NCBI RefSeq assembly: GCF_009914755.1
Contig: NC_060928.1
Length of the DNA stretch: 64,000 nt
Strand: one strand, 5' to 3'
DNA from: the human T2T-CHM13v2.0 reference genome, Homo sapiens
Position numbers and translations under genes: made by a program. Shown here one piece after another: positions 26,701 to 39,048 of this stretch. Numbering within the stretch: the stretch's first letter is position 1; the number at the start of each line of letters is the position of its first letter. Below the pieces are notes generated by a model, which saw only the letters and a program-made list of their open reading frames with translations, searched no databases and was not told where the DNA came from.

Positions 26701-28162
26701 AATTTTAAAACACTCTTTTTGTGGAATCTGAAAGTGGATAATTGGATAGCTTTGTGGATTTCGTTGGAAACGGGATGACGTATAAAATCTAGAGAGAAGC
26801 ATTCTCAGGAACTTCTTTCTGATGTTTGCATTCAAGTCACAGAATTGAACATTCCTTTTCATAGTGCAGGTTTGAAACACTCTTTCTGTAGTATCTGGAA
26901 GTGGACATTTCAAGCGCTTTCAGGCCTACGGGGAGAAAGGAAATATCTTCAAATAAAAACTAGACAGAAGGATTCTCAGAAACTTATTTGTGATGTGTGT
27001 CCTAAACGAACACAGTTGAACCTTTGTTTTGATACAGCATTTTGGAAACACTCCTTTTGTAGGATCTGCAGGTGGATATTTGGATAGATTTTAAGATTTC
27101 GTTGGAAACGGGAGTTTCTTCATAGAAACTCAAGACAGATGCATTCTCAGAAACATCTCTGTGATGTTTGCATTCCACTCATAGTGTTGAAAACTTCCTT
27201 TCATAGAGCAGGTTTGAAACACTCTTTTTGTAATATTTGGAAGTGGACATTTGCAGCGCTTTGAGGCCTATGGTGAAAAAGGAAATATCTTCTCATAAAA
27301 ACCAGAAACAAGCATTCTCAGAAACTTCTTTTTGATGTGTGTACTCAAGTAACAGAGTTGAACCTTCCTTTTGACACAGCAGTTTTGAAACAATCTTTTT
27401 GTAGAATCTGCAAGTGGATATTTGGATAGCTTTGAGGATTTCGTTGGAAACGGGATATCTTCATATAAAATCTAGACAGAAGCATTCTCAGAAACTTCTT
27501 TGTGCTGTATGTCCTCAATTAACAGAGTTGAACCATTGCTTGGATACAGCATTTTGGAAACATTCCTTGAGTAGAATCTGCAAGTTGATATTTAGATAGA
27601 TTTGAAGATTTCGTTGGAAAAGGGAATATCTCCATATAAAATCTAGAGGGAAGCATTCTCAGAAACTGCTTTGTGATGTTTCCATTCAAGTCACAGAGTT
27701 GAATATTCCCTTTTATAGAGCACGTTTGAAACACTCTTTCTGCACTATCTGGAAGTGGACATTTCGAGCGCTTTGAGGCCTATGGTGAAAAAGGAAATAT
27801 CTTCCCATAAAAACTAGACAGAAGCATTCTCAGAAACTTGTTTGTGATGTGTGTATTCAACTAACAGAGTTGAACTTTTGTTTTTACAGAGCCGTTTTAA
27901 AACACTCTTTTTGTGGAATCAGAAAGTGGATATTCGGATGGCTCTGAGGATTTTGTTGGAAGCGGGATTACATATAAAATCTAGAGAGAAGCATTCTCAG
28001 GAACTTCTTTGTGATGTTTGCATTGAAGTCACAGAATTGAACATTCACTTTGATAGAGCAGGTTTGAAACACTCATTCTGTAGTATCTGGAAGTGGACAT
28101 TTCAAGCGCTTTCAGGCCTATGGTGAGAAAGGAAATATCTTCGAATAAAAACTAGACAGAAG

Positions 28163-31100
28163 CATCCTCAGAAACTTATTTGTGATGTGTGTCCTCAACT
28201 AACAGAGTTGAAACTTTGTTTTGATACAGCATTTTGGAAACACTCTTTTTGTAGAATCTGCAGGTGGATATTTGGATAGCTTAGAGGGATTCGTTGGAAA
28301 GGGGATATCTTCATATAAAATCTAGACAGAAGCATTCTCAGAAACTTATTTGTGATGTGTGTCCTCAACTAACAGAGTTGAACCTTGGTTTTGATACAGC
28401 ATTTTGGAAACACTCCTTTTGTAGAATCTGCAGGTGGATATGTGGATAGCTTTGAAGATTTCGTTGGAAACGGGAATTTCTTCATATAAAATCAAACAGA
28501 AGCATTCTCAGAAACTTCTCAGTGATGTTTGCATTCAGCTCATGGAGTTGAACACTTCCTTTCATAGAGCCGGTTTGAAACACTCTTTCTGCACTACCTG
28601 GAAGAGGACATTTCGAGCGCTTTGAGTCCTATGGTGAAAAAGGAAATATCTTCTCATAGAAACCAGAAAGAAGCATTCTCAGAAACTTCTTTGTGTTGTG
28701 TGTACTCATGTAACAGTGTTGAACCATCCTTTTGACAGAGCAGTTTTGAAACACTCTTTTTGTAGAATCTGCAAGTGGATATTTGGATAGCTTTGAGGAT
28801 TTCGTTGGAAACGGGATGACATATAGTATCTAGAGAGAAGCATTCTCAGGAACTTCTTTGTGATGTTTGCATTCAAGTCACAGAATTGAACATTCCCTTT
28901 CATAGAGCAGGTTTGAAACACTCTTTCTCTAGTATCTGGAAGTGGGCATTTCAAGCGCTTTCAGGCCTATGGAGAGAAAGGAAATACCTTCAAATAAAAA
29001 CTAGACAGAAGCATTCTCAGAAACTTATTTGTGATGTGTGTCCTCAACTAACAGAGTTGAACCTTTGTTTTGATACAGCATTTTGGAAACACTCCTTTTG
29101 TAGAATCTGCAGGTGGATATTTGGATAGCTTTGAAGATTTCGTTGGAAACCGGAATATCTTCATATAAAATCAAGACAGAAGCATTCTCGGAAACATCTC
29201 TGTGATGTTTGCATTCAACTCAGTAGAGTTGAACACTTCCTTTCATAGAGCAGGTTTGAAACACTCTTTCTGCACTACCTGGAAGCGGACATTTCGAGCG
29301 CTTTGAGGCCTATGGTAAAAAAGGAAATATCTTCTCATAAAAACCAGAAAGAAGCATTCTCAGAAACTTCTTTGTGTTGTGTGTACTCAAGTAACAGTGT
29401 TGAACCTTCCTTTTGACAGAGCAGTTTTGAAACACTCTTTTGGTAGAATCTGCAAGTGGATATTTGGATAGCTTTGAGGATTTCGTTGGAAACGGGTTAT
29501 CTTCATATAAGATCCAGACAGGAGCATTCTCAGAAACTTCTTTGTGCTGTATGTCCTCAATTCACAGAGCTGAACCTTTGTTTGGATACAGCATTTTGGA
29601 AACATTCCTTTAGTAGAATCTGCAAGTTGATATTTAGATAGCTTTGAAGATTTCGTTGGAAACGGGAATATCTTCATAGAAAATCTAGACGGAAGCATTC
29701 TCAGAAACTGCTTTGTGATGTTTGCATTCAAGTCACAGAGTTGAATATTCCCTTTTATAGAGTAGGTTTGAAACACTCTTTCGGCACTACCTGGAAGTGG
29801 ATATTTCGAGCTCTTTGAGGCCTATGGTTAAAAGGAAATATCTTCCCATAAAAACTAGACAGAAGCCGTCTCAGAAACTTGTTTGTGATGTGTGTATTCA
29901 ACTAACAGAGTTGAACATTTCTGTTACAGAGCAATTTTAAAACACTCTTTTTGTGGAATCTGAAAGTGGATAATTGGATAGCTTTGTGGATTTCGTTGGA
30001 AACGGGATGACGTATAAAATCTAGAGAGAAGCATTCTCAGGAACTTCTTTCTGATGTTTGCATTCAAGTCACAGAATTGAACATTCCTTTTCATAGTGCA
30101 GGTTTGAAACACTCTTTCTGTAGTATCTGGAAGTGGACATTTCAAGCGCTTTCAGGCCTACGGGGAGAAAGGAAATATCTTCAAATAAAAACTAGACAGA
30201 AGCATTCTCAGAAACTTATTTGTGATGTGTGTCCTCAACTAACAGAGTTGAACCTTTGTTTTGATACAGCATTTTGGAAACACTCCTTTTGTAGAATCTG
30301 CAGGTGGATATTTGGATAGCTTTGAAGATTTCGTTGGAAACCGGAATATCATCATATAAAATCAAGACAGAAGCATTCTCGGAAACATCTCTGTGATGTT
30401 TGCATTCAACTCAGTAGAGTTGAACACTTCCTTTCATAGAGCAGGTTTGAAACACTCTTTCTGCACTACCTGGAAGCGGACATTTCGAGCGCTTTGAGGC
30501 CTATGGTGAAAAAGGAAATATCTTCTCATAAAAACCAGAAAGAAGCATTCTCAGAAACTTCTTTGTGTTGTGTGTACTCAAGTAACAGTGTTGAACCTTC
30601 CTTTTGACAGAGCAGTTTTGAAACACTCTTTTGGTAGAATCTGCAAGTGGATATTTGGATAGCTTTGAGGATTTCGTTGGAAACGGGTTATCTTCATATA
30701 AGATCCAGACAGGAGCATTCTCAGAAACTTCTTTGTGCTGTATGTCCTCAATTCACAGAGCTGAACCTTTGTTTGGATACAGCATTTTGGAAACATTCCT
30801 TTAGTAGAATCTGCAAGTTGATATTTAGATAGCTTTGAAGATTTCGTTGGAAACGGGAATATCTTCATAGAAAATCTAGAAGGAAGCATTCTCAGAAACT
30901 GCTTTGTGATGTTTGCATTCAAGTCACAGAGTTGAATATTCCCTTTTATAGAGTAGGTTTGAAACACTCTTTCGGCACTACCTGGAAGTGGATATTTCGA
31001 GCTCTTTGAGGCCTATGGTTAAAAGGAAATATCTTCCAATAAAAACTAGACAGAAGCCGTCTCAGAAACTTGTTTGTGATGTGTGTATTCAACTAACAGA

Positions 31101-32585
31101 GTTGAACATTTCTGTTACAGAGCAATTTTAAAACACTCTTTTTGTGGAATCTGAAAGTGGATAATTGGATAGCTTTGTGGATTTCGTTGGAAACGGGATG
31201 ACGTATAAAATCTAGAGAGAAGCATTCTCAGGAACTTCTTTCTGATGTTTGCATTCAAGTCACAGAATTGAACATTCCTTTTCATAGTGCAGGTTTGAAA
31301 CACTCTTTCTGTAGTATCTGGAAGTGGACATTTCAAGCGCTTTCAGGCCTACGGGGAGAAAGGAAATATCTTCAAATAAAAACTAGACAGAAGGATTCTC
31401 AGAAACTTATTTGTGATGTGTGTCCTAAACGAACACAGTTGAACCTTTGTTTTGATACAGCATTTTGGAAACACTCCTTTTGTAGGATCTGCAGGTGGAT
31501 ATTTGGATAGATTTTAAGATTTCGTTGGAAACGGGAGTTTCTTCATAGAAACTCAAGACAGATGCATTCTCAGAAACATCTCTGTGATGTTTGCATTCCA
31601 CTCATAGTGTTGAAAACTTCCTTTCATAGAGCAGGTTTGAAACACTCTTTTTGTAATATTTGGAAGTGGACATTTGCAGCGCTTTGAGGCCTATGGTGAA
31701 AAAGGAAATATCTTCTCATAAAAACCAGAAACAAGCATTCTCAGAAACTTCTTTTTGATGTGTGTACTCAAGTAACAGAGTTGAACCTTCCTTTTGACAC
31801 AGCAGTTTTGAAACAATCTTTTTGTAGAATCTGCAAGTGGATATTTGGATAGCTTTGAGGATTTCGTTGGAAACGGGATATCTTCATATAAAATCTAGAC
31901 AGAAGCATTCTCAGAAACTTCTTTGTGCTGTATGTCCTCAATTAACAGAGTTGAACCATTGCTTGGATACAGCATTTTGGAAACATTCCTTGAGTAGAAT
32001 CTGCAAGTTGATATTTAGATAGATTTGAAGATTTCGTTGGAAAAGGGAATATCTCCATATAAAATCTAGAGGGAAGCATTCTCAGAAACTGCTTTGTGAT
32101 GTTTCCATTCAAGTCACAGAGTTGAATATTCCCTTTTATAGAGCACGTTTGAAACACTCTTTCTGCACTATCTGGAAGTGGACATTTCGAGCGCTTTGAG
32201 GCCTATGGTGAAAAAGGAAATATCTTCCCATAAAAACTAGACAGAAGCATTCTCAGAAACTTGTTTGTGATGTGTGTATTCAACTAACAGAGTTGAACTT
32301 TTGTTTTTACAGAGCCGTTTTAAAACACTCTTTTTGTGGAATCAGAAAGTGGATATTCGGATGGCTCTGAGGATTTTGTTGGAAGCGGGATTACATATAA
32401 AATCTAGAGAGAAGCATTCTCAGGAACTTCTTTGTGATGTTTGCATTGAAGTCACAGAATTGAACATTCACTTTGATAGAGCAGGTTTGAAACACTCATT
32501 CTGTAGTATCTGGAAGTGGACATTTCAAGCGCTTTCAGGCCTATGGTGAGAAAGGAAATATCTTCGAATAAAAACTAGACAGAAG
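28163..32585 (+). repeat. 26-mer variant (M1-M12 then M6-M19, 4,423 bp)
   Basis: The M12 end (ctacggggagaaagg...) joins M6 at 30203 instead of M13. M6 starts at 29012 and 30203 are 1,191 bp apart. Confidence 0.95.
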
Positions 32586-35500
32586 CATCCTCAGAAACTT
32601 ATTTGTGATGTGTGTCCTCAACTAACAGAGTTGAAACTTTGTTTTGATACAGCATTTTGGAAACACTCTTTTTGTAGAATCTGCAGGTGGATATTTGGAT
32701 AGCTTAGAGGGATTCGTTGGAAAGGGGATATCTTCATATAAAATCTAGACAGAAGCATTCTCAGAAACTTATTTGTGATGTGTGTCCTCAACTAACAGAG
32801 TTGAACCTTGGTTTTGATACAGCATTTTGGAAACACTCCTTTTGTAGAATCTGCAGGTGGATATGTGGATAGCTTTGAAGATTTCGTTGGAAACGGGAAT
32901 TTCTTCATATAAAATCAAACAGAAGCATTCTCAGAAACTTCTCAGTGATGTTTGCATTCAGCTCATGGAGTTGAACACTTCCTTTCATAGAGCCGGTTTG
33001 AAACACTCTTTCTGCACTACCTGGAAGAGGACATTTCGAGCGCTTTGAGTCCTATGGTGAAAAAGGAAATATCTTCTCATAGAAACCAGAAAGAAGCATT
33101 CTCAGAAACTTCTTTGTGTTGTGTGTACTCATGTAACAGTGTTGAACCATCCTTTTGACAGAGCAGTTTTGAAACACTCTTTTTGTAGAATCTGCAAGTG
33201 GATATTTGGATAGCTTTGAGGATTTCGTTGGAAACGGGATGACATATAGTATCTAGAGAGAAGCATTCTCAGGAACTTCTTTGTGATGTTTGCATTCAAG
33301 TCACAGAATTGAACATTCCCTTTCATAGAGCAGGTTTGAAACACTCTTTCTCTAGTATCTGGAAGTGGGCATTTCAAGCGCTTTCAGGCCTATGGAGAGA
33401 AAGGAAATACCTTCAAATAAAAACTAGACAGAAGCATTCTCAGAAACTTATTTGTGATGTGTGTCCTCAACTAACAGAGTTGAACCTTTGTTTTGATACA
33501 GCATTTTGGAAACACTCCTTTTGTAGAATCTGCAGGTGGATATTTGGATAGCTTTGAAGATTTCGTTGGAAACCGGAATATCTTCATATAAAATCAAGAC
33601 AGAAGCATTCTCGGAAACATCTCTGTGATGTTTGCATTCAACTCAGTAGAGTTGAACACTTCCTTTCATAGAGCAGGTTTGAAACACTCTTTCTGCACTA
33701 CCTGGAAGCGGACATTTCGAGCGCTTTGAGGCCTATGGTAAAAAAGGAAATATCTTCTCATAAAAACCAGAAAGAAGCATTCTCAGAAACTTCTTTGTGT
33801 TGTGTGTACTCAAGTAACAGTGTTGAACCTTCCTTTTGACAGAGCAGTTTTGAAACACTCTTTTGGTAGAATCTGCAAGTGGATATTTGGATAGCTTTGA
33901 GGATTTCGTTGGAAACGGGTTATCTTCATATAAGATCCAGACAGGAGCATTCTCAGAAACTTCTTTGTGCTGTATGTCCTCAATTCACAGAGCTGAACCT
34001 TTGTTTGGATACAGCATTTTGGAAACATTCCTTTAGTAGAATCTGCAAGTTGATATTTAGATAGCTTTGAAGATTTCGTTGGAAACGGGAATATCTTCAT
34101 AGAAAATCTAGACGGAAGCATTCTCAGAAACTGCTTTGTGATGTTTGCATTCAAGTCACAGAGTTGAATATTCCCTTTTATAGAGTAGGTTTGAAACACT
34201 CTTTCGGCACTACCTGGAAGTGGATATTTCGAGCTCTTTGAGGCCTATGGTTAAAAGGAAATATCTTCCCATAAAAACTAGACAGAAGCCGTCTCAGAAA
34301 CTTGTTTGTGATGTGTGTATTCAACTAACAGAGTTGAACATTTCTGTTACAGAGCAATTTTAAAACACTCTTTTTGTGGAATCTGAAAGTGGATAATTGG
34401 ATAGCTTTGTGGATTTCGTTGGAAACGGGATGACGTATAAAATCTAGAGAGAAGCATTCTCAGGAACTTCTTTCTGATGTTTGCATTCAAGTCACAGAAT
34501 TGAACATTCCTTTTCATAGTGCAGGTTTGAAACACTCTTTCTGTAGTATCTGGAAGTGGACATTTCAAGCGCTTTCAGGCCTACGGGGAGAAAGGAAATA
34601 TCTTCAAATAAAAACTAGACAGAAGGATTCTCAGAAACTTATTTGTGATGTGTGTCCTAAACGAACACAGTTGAACCTTTGTTTTGATACAGCATTTTGG
34701 AAACACTCCTTTTGTAGGATCTGCAGGTGGATATTTGGATAGATTTTAAGATTTCGTTGGAAACGGGAGTTTCTTCATAGAAACTCAAGACAGATGCATT
34801 CTCAGAAACTTCTCTGTGATGTTTGCATTCCACTCATAGAGTTGAAAACTTCCTTTCATAGAGCAGGTTTGAAACACTCTTTTTGTAATATTTGGAAGTG
34901 TACATTTGCAGCGCTTGAGGCCTATGGTGAAAAAGGAAATATCTTCTCATAAAAACCAGAAACAAGCATTCTCAGAAACTTCTTTTTGATGTGTGTACTC
35001 AAGTAACAGAGTTGAACCTTCCTTTTGACACAGCAGTTTTGAAACAATCTTTTTGTAGAATCTGCAAGTGGATATTTGGATAGCTTTGAGGATTTCGTTG
35101 GAAACGGGATATCTTCATATAAAATCTAGACAGAAGCATTCTCAGAAACTTCTTTGTGCTGTATGTCCTCAATTAACAGAGTTGAACCATTGCTTGGATA
35201 CAGCATTTTGGAAACATTCCTTTAGTAGAATCTGCAAGTTGATATTTAGATAGATTTGAAGATTTCCTTGGAAACGGGAATATCTCCATAGAAAATCTAG
35301 ACGGAAGCATTCTCAGAAACTGCTTTGTGATGTTTCCATTCAAGTCACAGAGTTGAATATTCCCTTTTATAGAGCACGTTTGAAACACTCTTTCTGCACT
35401 ATCTGGAAGTGGACATTTCGAGCGCTTTGAGGCCTATGGTGAAAAAGGAATTATCTTCCCATAAAAACTAGACAGAAGCATTCTCAGAAACTTGTTTGTG

Positions 35501-38500
35501 ATGTGTGTATTCAACTAACAGAGTTGAACTTTTGTTTTTACAGAGCCGTTTTAAAACACTCTTTTTGTGGAATCAGAAAGTGGATATTCGGATGGCTCTG
35601 AGGATTTTGTTGGAAGCGGGATTACATATAAAATCTAGAGAGAAGCATTCTCAGGAACTTCTTTGTGATGTTTGCATTGAAGTCACAGAATTGAACATTC
35701 ACTTTGATAGAGCAGGTTTGAAACACTCATTCTGTAGTATCTGGAAGTGGACATTTCAAGCGCTTTCAGGCCTTTGGTGAGAAAGGAAATATCTTCGAAT
35801 AAAAACTAGACAGAAGCATCCTCAGAAACTTATTTGTGATGTGTGTCCTCAACTAACAGAGTTGAAACTTTGTTTTGATACAGCATTTTGGAAACACTCT
35901 TTTTGTAGAATCTGCAGGTGGATATTTGGATAGCTTAGAGGGATTCGTTGGAAAGGGGATATCTTCATATAAAATCTAGACAGAAGCATTCTCAGAAACT
36001 TATTTGTGATGTGTGTCCTCAACTAACAGAGTTGAACCTTGGTTTCGATACAGCATTTTGGAAACACTCCTTTTGTAGAATCTGCAGGTGGATATGTGGA
36101 TAGCTCTGAAGATTTCGTTGGAAACGGGAATTTCTTCATATAAAATCAAACAGAAGCATTCTCAGAAACTTCTCAGTGATGTTTGCATTCAGCTCATGGA
36201 GTTGAACACTTCCTTTCATAGAGCCGGTTTGAAACACTCTTTCTGCACTACCTGGAAGAGGACATTTCGAGCGCTTTGAGTCCTATGGTGAAAAAGGAAA
36301 TATCTTCTCATAAAAACCAGAAAGAAGCATTCTCAGAAACTTCTTTGTGTTGTGTGTACTCATGTAACAGTGTTGAACCATCCTTTTGACAGAGCAGTTT
36401 TGAAACACTCTTTTTGTAGAATCTGCAAGTAGATATTTGGATAGCTTTGAGGATTTCGTTGGAAACGGGATGACATATAATATCTAGAGAGAAGCATTCT
36501 CAGGAACTTCTTTGTGATGTTTGCATTCAAGTCACAGAATTGAACATTCCCTTTCATAGAGCACGTTTGAAACACTCTTTCTCTAGTATCTGGAAGTGGG
36601 CATTTCAAGCGCTTTCAGGCCTATGGAGAGAAAGGAAATATCTTCAAATAAAAACTAGACAGAAGCATTCTCAGAAACTTATTTGTGATGTGTGTCCTCA
36701 ACTAACAGAGTTGAACCTTTGTTTTGATACAGCATTTTGGAAACACTCCTTTTGTAGAATCTGCAGGTGGATATTTGGATAGCTTTGAAGATTTCGTTGG
36801 AAACCGGAATATCTTCATATAAAATCAAGACAGAAGCATTCTCGGAAACATCTCTGTGATGTTTGCATTCAACTCAGTAGAGTTGAACACTTCCTTTCAT
36901 AGAGCAGGTTTGAAACACTCTTTCTGCACTACCTGGAAGCGGACATTTCGAGCGCTTTGAGGCCTATGGTGAAAAAGGAAATATCTTCTCATAAAAACCA
37001 GAAAGAAGCATTCTCAGAAACTTCTTTGTGTTGTGTGTACTCAAGTAACAGTGTTGAACCTTCCTTTTGACACAGCAGTTTTGAAACACTCTTTTGGTAG
37101 AATCTGCAAGTGGATATTTGGATAGCTTTGAGGATTTCGTTGGAAACGGGTTATCTTCATATAAAATCCAGACAGGAGCATTCTCAGAAACTTCTTTGTG
37201 CTGTATGTCCTCAATTCACAGAGCTGAACCTTTGTTTGGATACAGCATTTTGGAGACATTCCTTTAGTAGAATCTGCAAGTTGATATTTAGATAGCTTTG
37301 AAGATTTCGTTGGAAACGGGAATATCTTCATAGAAAATCTAGACGGAAGCATTCTCAGAAACTGCTTTGTGATGTTTGCATTCAAGTCACAGAGTTGAAT
37401 ATTCCCTTTGATAGAGTAGGTTTGAAACACTCTTTCGGCACTACCTGGAAGTGGATATTTCGAGCTCTTTGAGGCCTATGGTTAAAAGGAAATATCTTCC
37501 CATAAAAAGTAGACAGAAGCCGTCTCAGAAACTTGTTTGTGATGTGTGTATTCAACTAACAGAGTTGAACATTTCTGTTACAGAGCAATTTTAAAACACT
37601 CTTTTTGTGGAATCTGAAAGTGGATAATTGGATAGCTTTGTGGATTTCGTTGGAAACGGGATGACGTATAAAATCTAGACAGAAGCATTCTCAGGAACTT
37701 CTTTCTGATGTTTGCATTCAAGTCACAGAATTGAACATTCCTTTTCATAGTGCAGGTTTGAAACACTCTTTCTGTAGTATCTGGAAGTGGACATTTCAAG
37801 CGCTTTCAGGCCTACGGGGAGAAAGGAAATATCTTCAAATAAAAACTAGACAGAAGGATTCTCAGAAACTTATTTGTGATGTGTGTCCTAAACGAACACA
37901 GTTGAACCTTTGTTTTGATACAGCATTTTGGAAACACTCCTTTTGTAGGATCTGCAGGTGGATATTTGGATAGATTTTAAGATTTCGTTGGAAACGGGAG
38001 TTTCTTCATAGAAACTCAAGACAGATGCATTCTCAGAAACATCTCTGTGATGTTTGCATTCCACTCATAGTGTTGAAAACTTCCTTTCATAGAGCAGGTT
38101 TGAAACACTCTTTTTGTAATATTTGGAAGTGGACATTTGCAGCGCTTTGAGGCCTATGGTGAAAAAGGAAATATCTTCTCATAAAAACCAGAAACAAGCA
38201 TTCTCAGAAACTTCTTTTTGATGTGTGTACTCAAGTAACAGAGTTGAACCTTCCTTTTGACACAGCAGTTTTGAAACAATCTTTTTGTAGAATCTGCAAG
38301 TGGATATTTGGATAGCTTTGAGGATTTCGTTGGAAACGGGATATCTTCATATAAAATCTAGACAGAAGCATTCTCAGAAACTTCTTTGTGCTGTATGTCC
38401 TCAATTAACAGAGTTGAACCATTGCTTGGATACAGCATTTTGGAAACATTCCTGGAGTAGAATCTGCAAGTTGATATTTAGATAGATTTGAAGATTTCGT

Positions 38501-39048
38501 TGGAAAAGGGAATATCTCCATATAAAATCTAGAGGGAAGCATTCTCAGAAACTGCTTTGTGATGTTTCCATTCAAGTCACAGAGTTGAATATTCCCTTTT
38601 ATAGAGCACGTTTGAAACACTCTTTCTGCACTATCTGGAAGTGGACATTTCGAGCGCTTTGAGGCCTATGGTGAAAAAGGAAATATCTTCCCATAAAAAC
38701 TAGACAGAAGCATTCTCAGAAACTTGTTTGTGATGTGTGTATTCAACTAACAGAGTTGAACTTTTGTTTTTACAGAGCCGTTTTAAAACACTCTTTTTGT
38801 GGAATCAGAAAGTGGATATTCGGATGGCTCTGAGTATTTTGTTGGAAGCGGGATTACATATAAAATCTAGAGAGAAGCATTCTCAGGAACTTCTTTGTGA
38901 TGTTTGCATTGAAGTCACAGAATTGAACATTCACTTTGATAGAGCAGGTTTGAAACACTCATTCTGTAGTATCTGGAAGTGGACATTTCAAGCGCTTTCA
39001 GGCCTATGGTGAGAAAGGAAATATCTTCGAATAAAAACTAGACAGAAG
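32586..39048 (+). repeat. Two full-length 19-mer HOR copies
   Basis: M1 starts at 32586, 35817 and 39049 (spacings 3,231 and 3,232). Confidence 0.93.

Larger units (their letters stand above)
5542..28162 (+). repeat. Seven consecutive full-length 19-mer HOR copies
   Basis: M1 starts at 5542, 8774, 12006, 15236, 18468, 21700, 24931 and next at 28163. Spacings are 3232 except 3230 (2-bp deletion after 13917) and 3231 (1-bp deletion near 24030). Confidence 0.95.
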
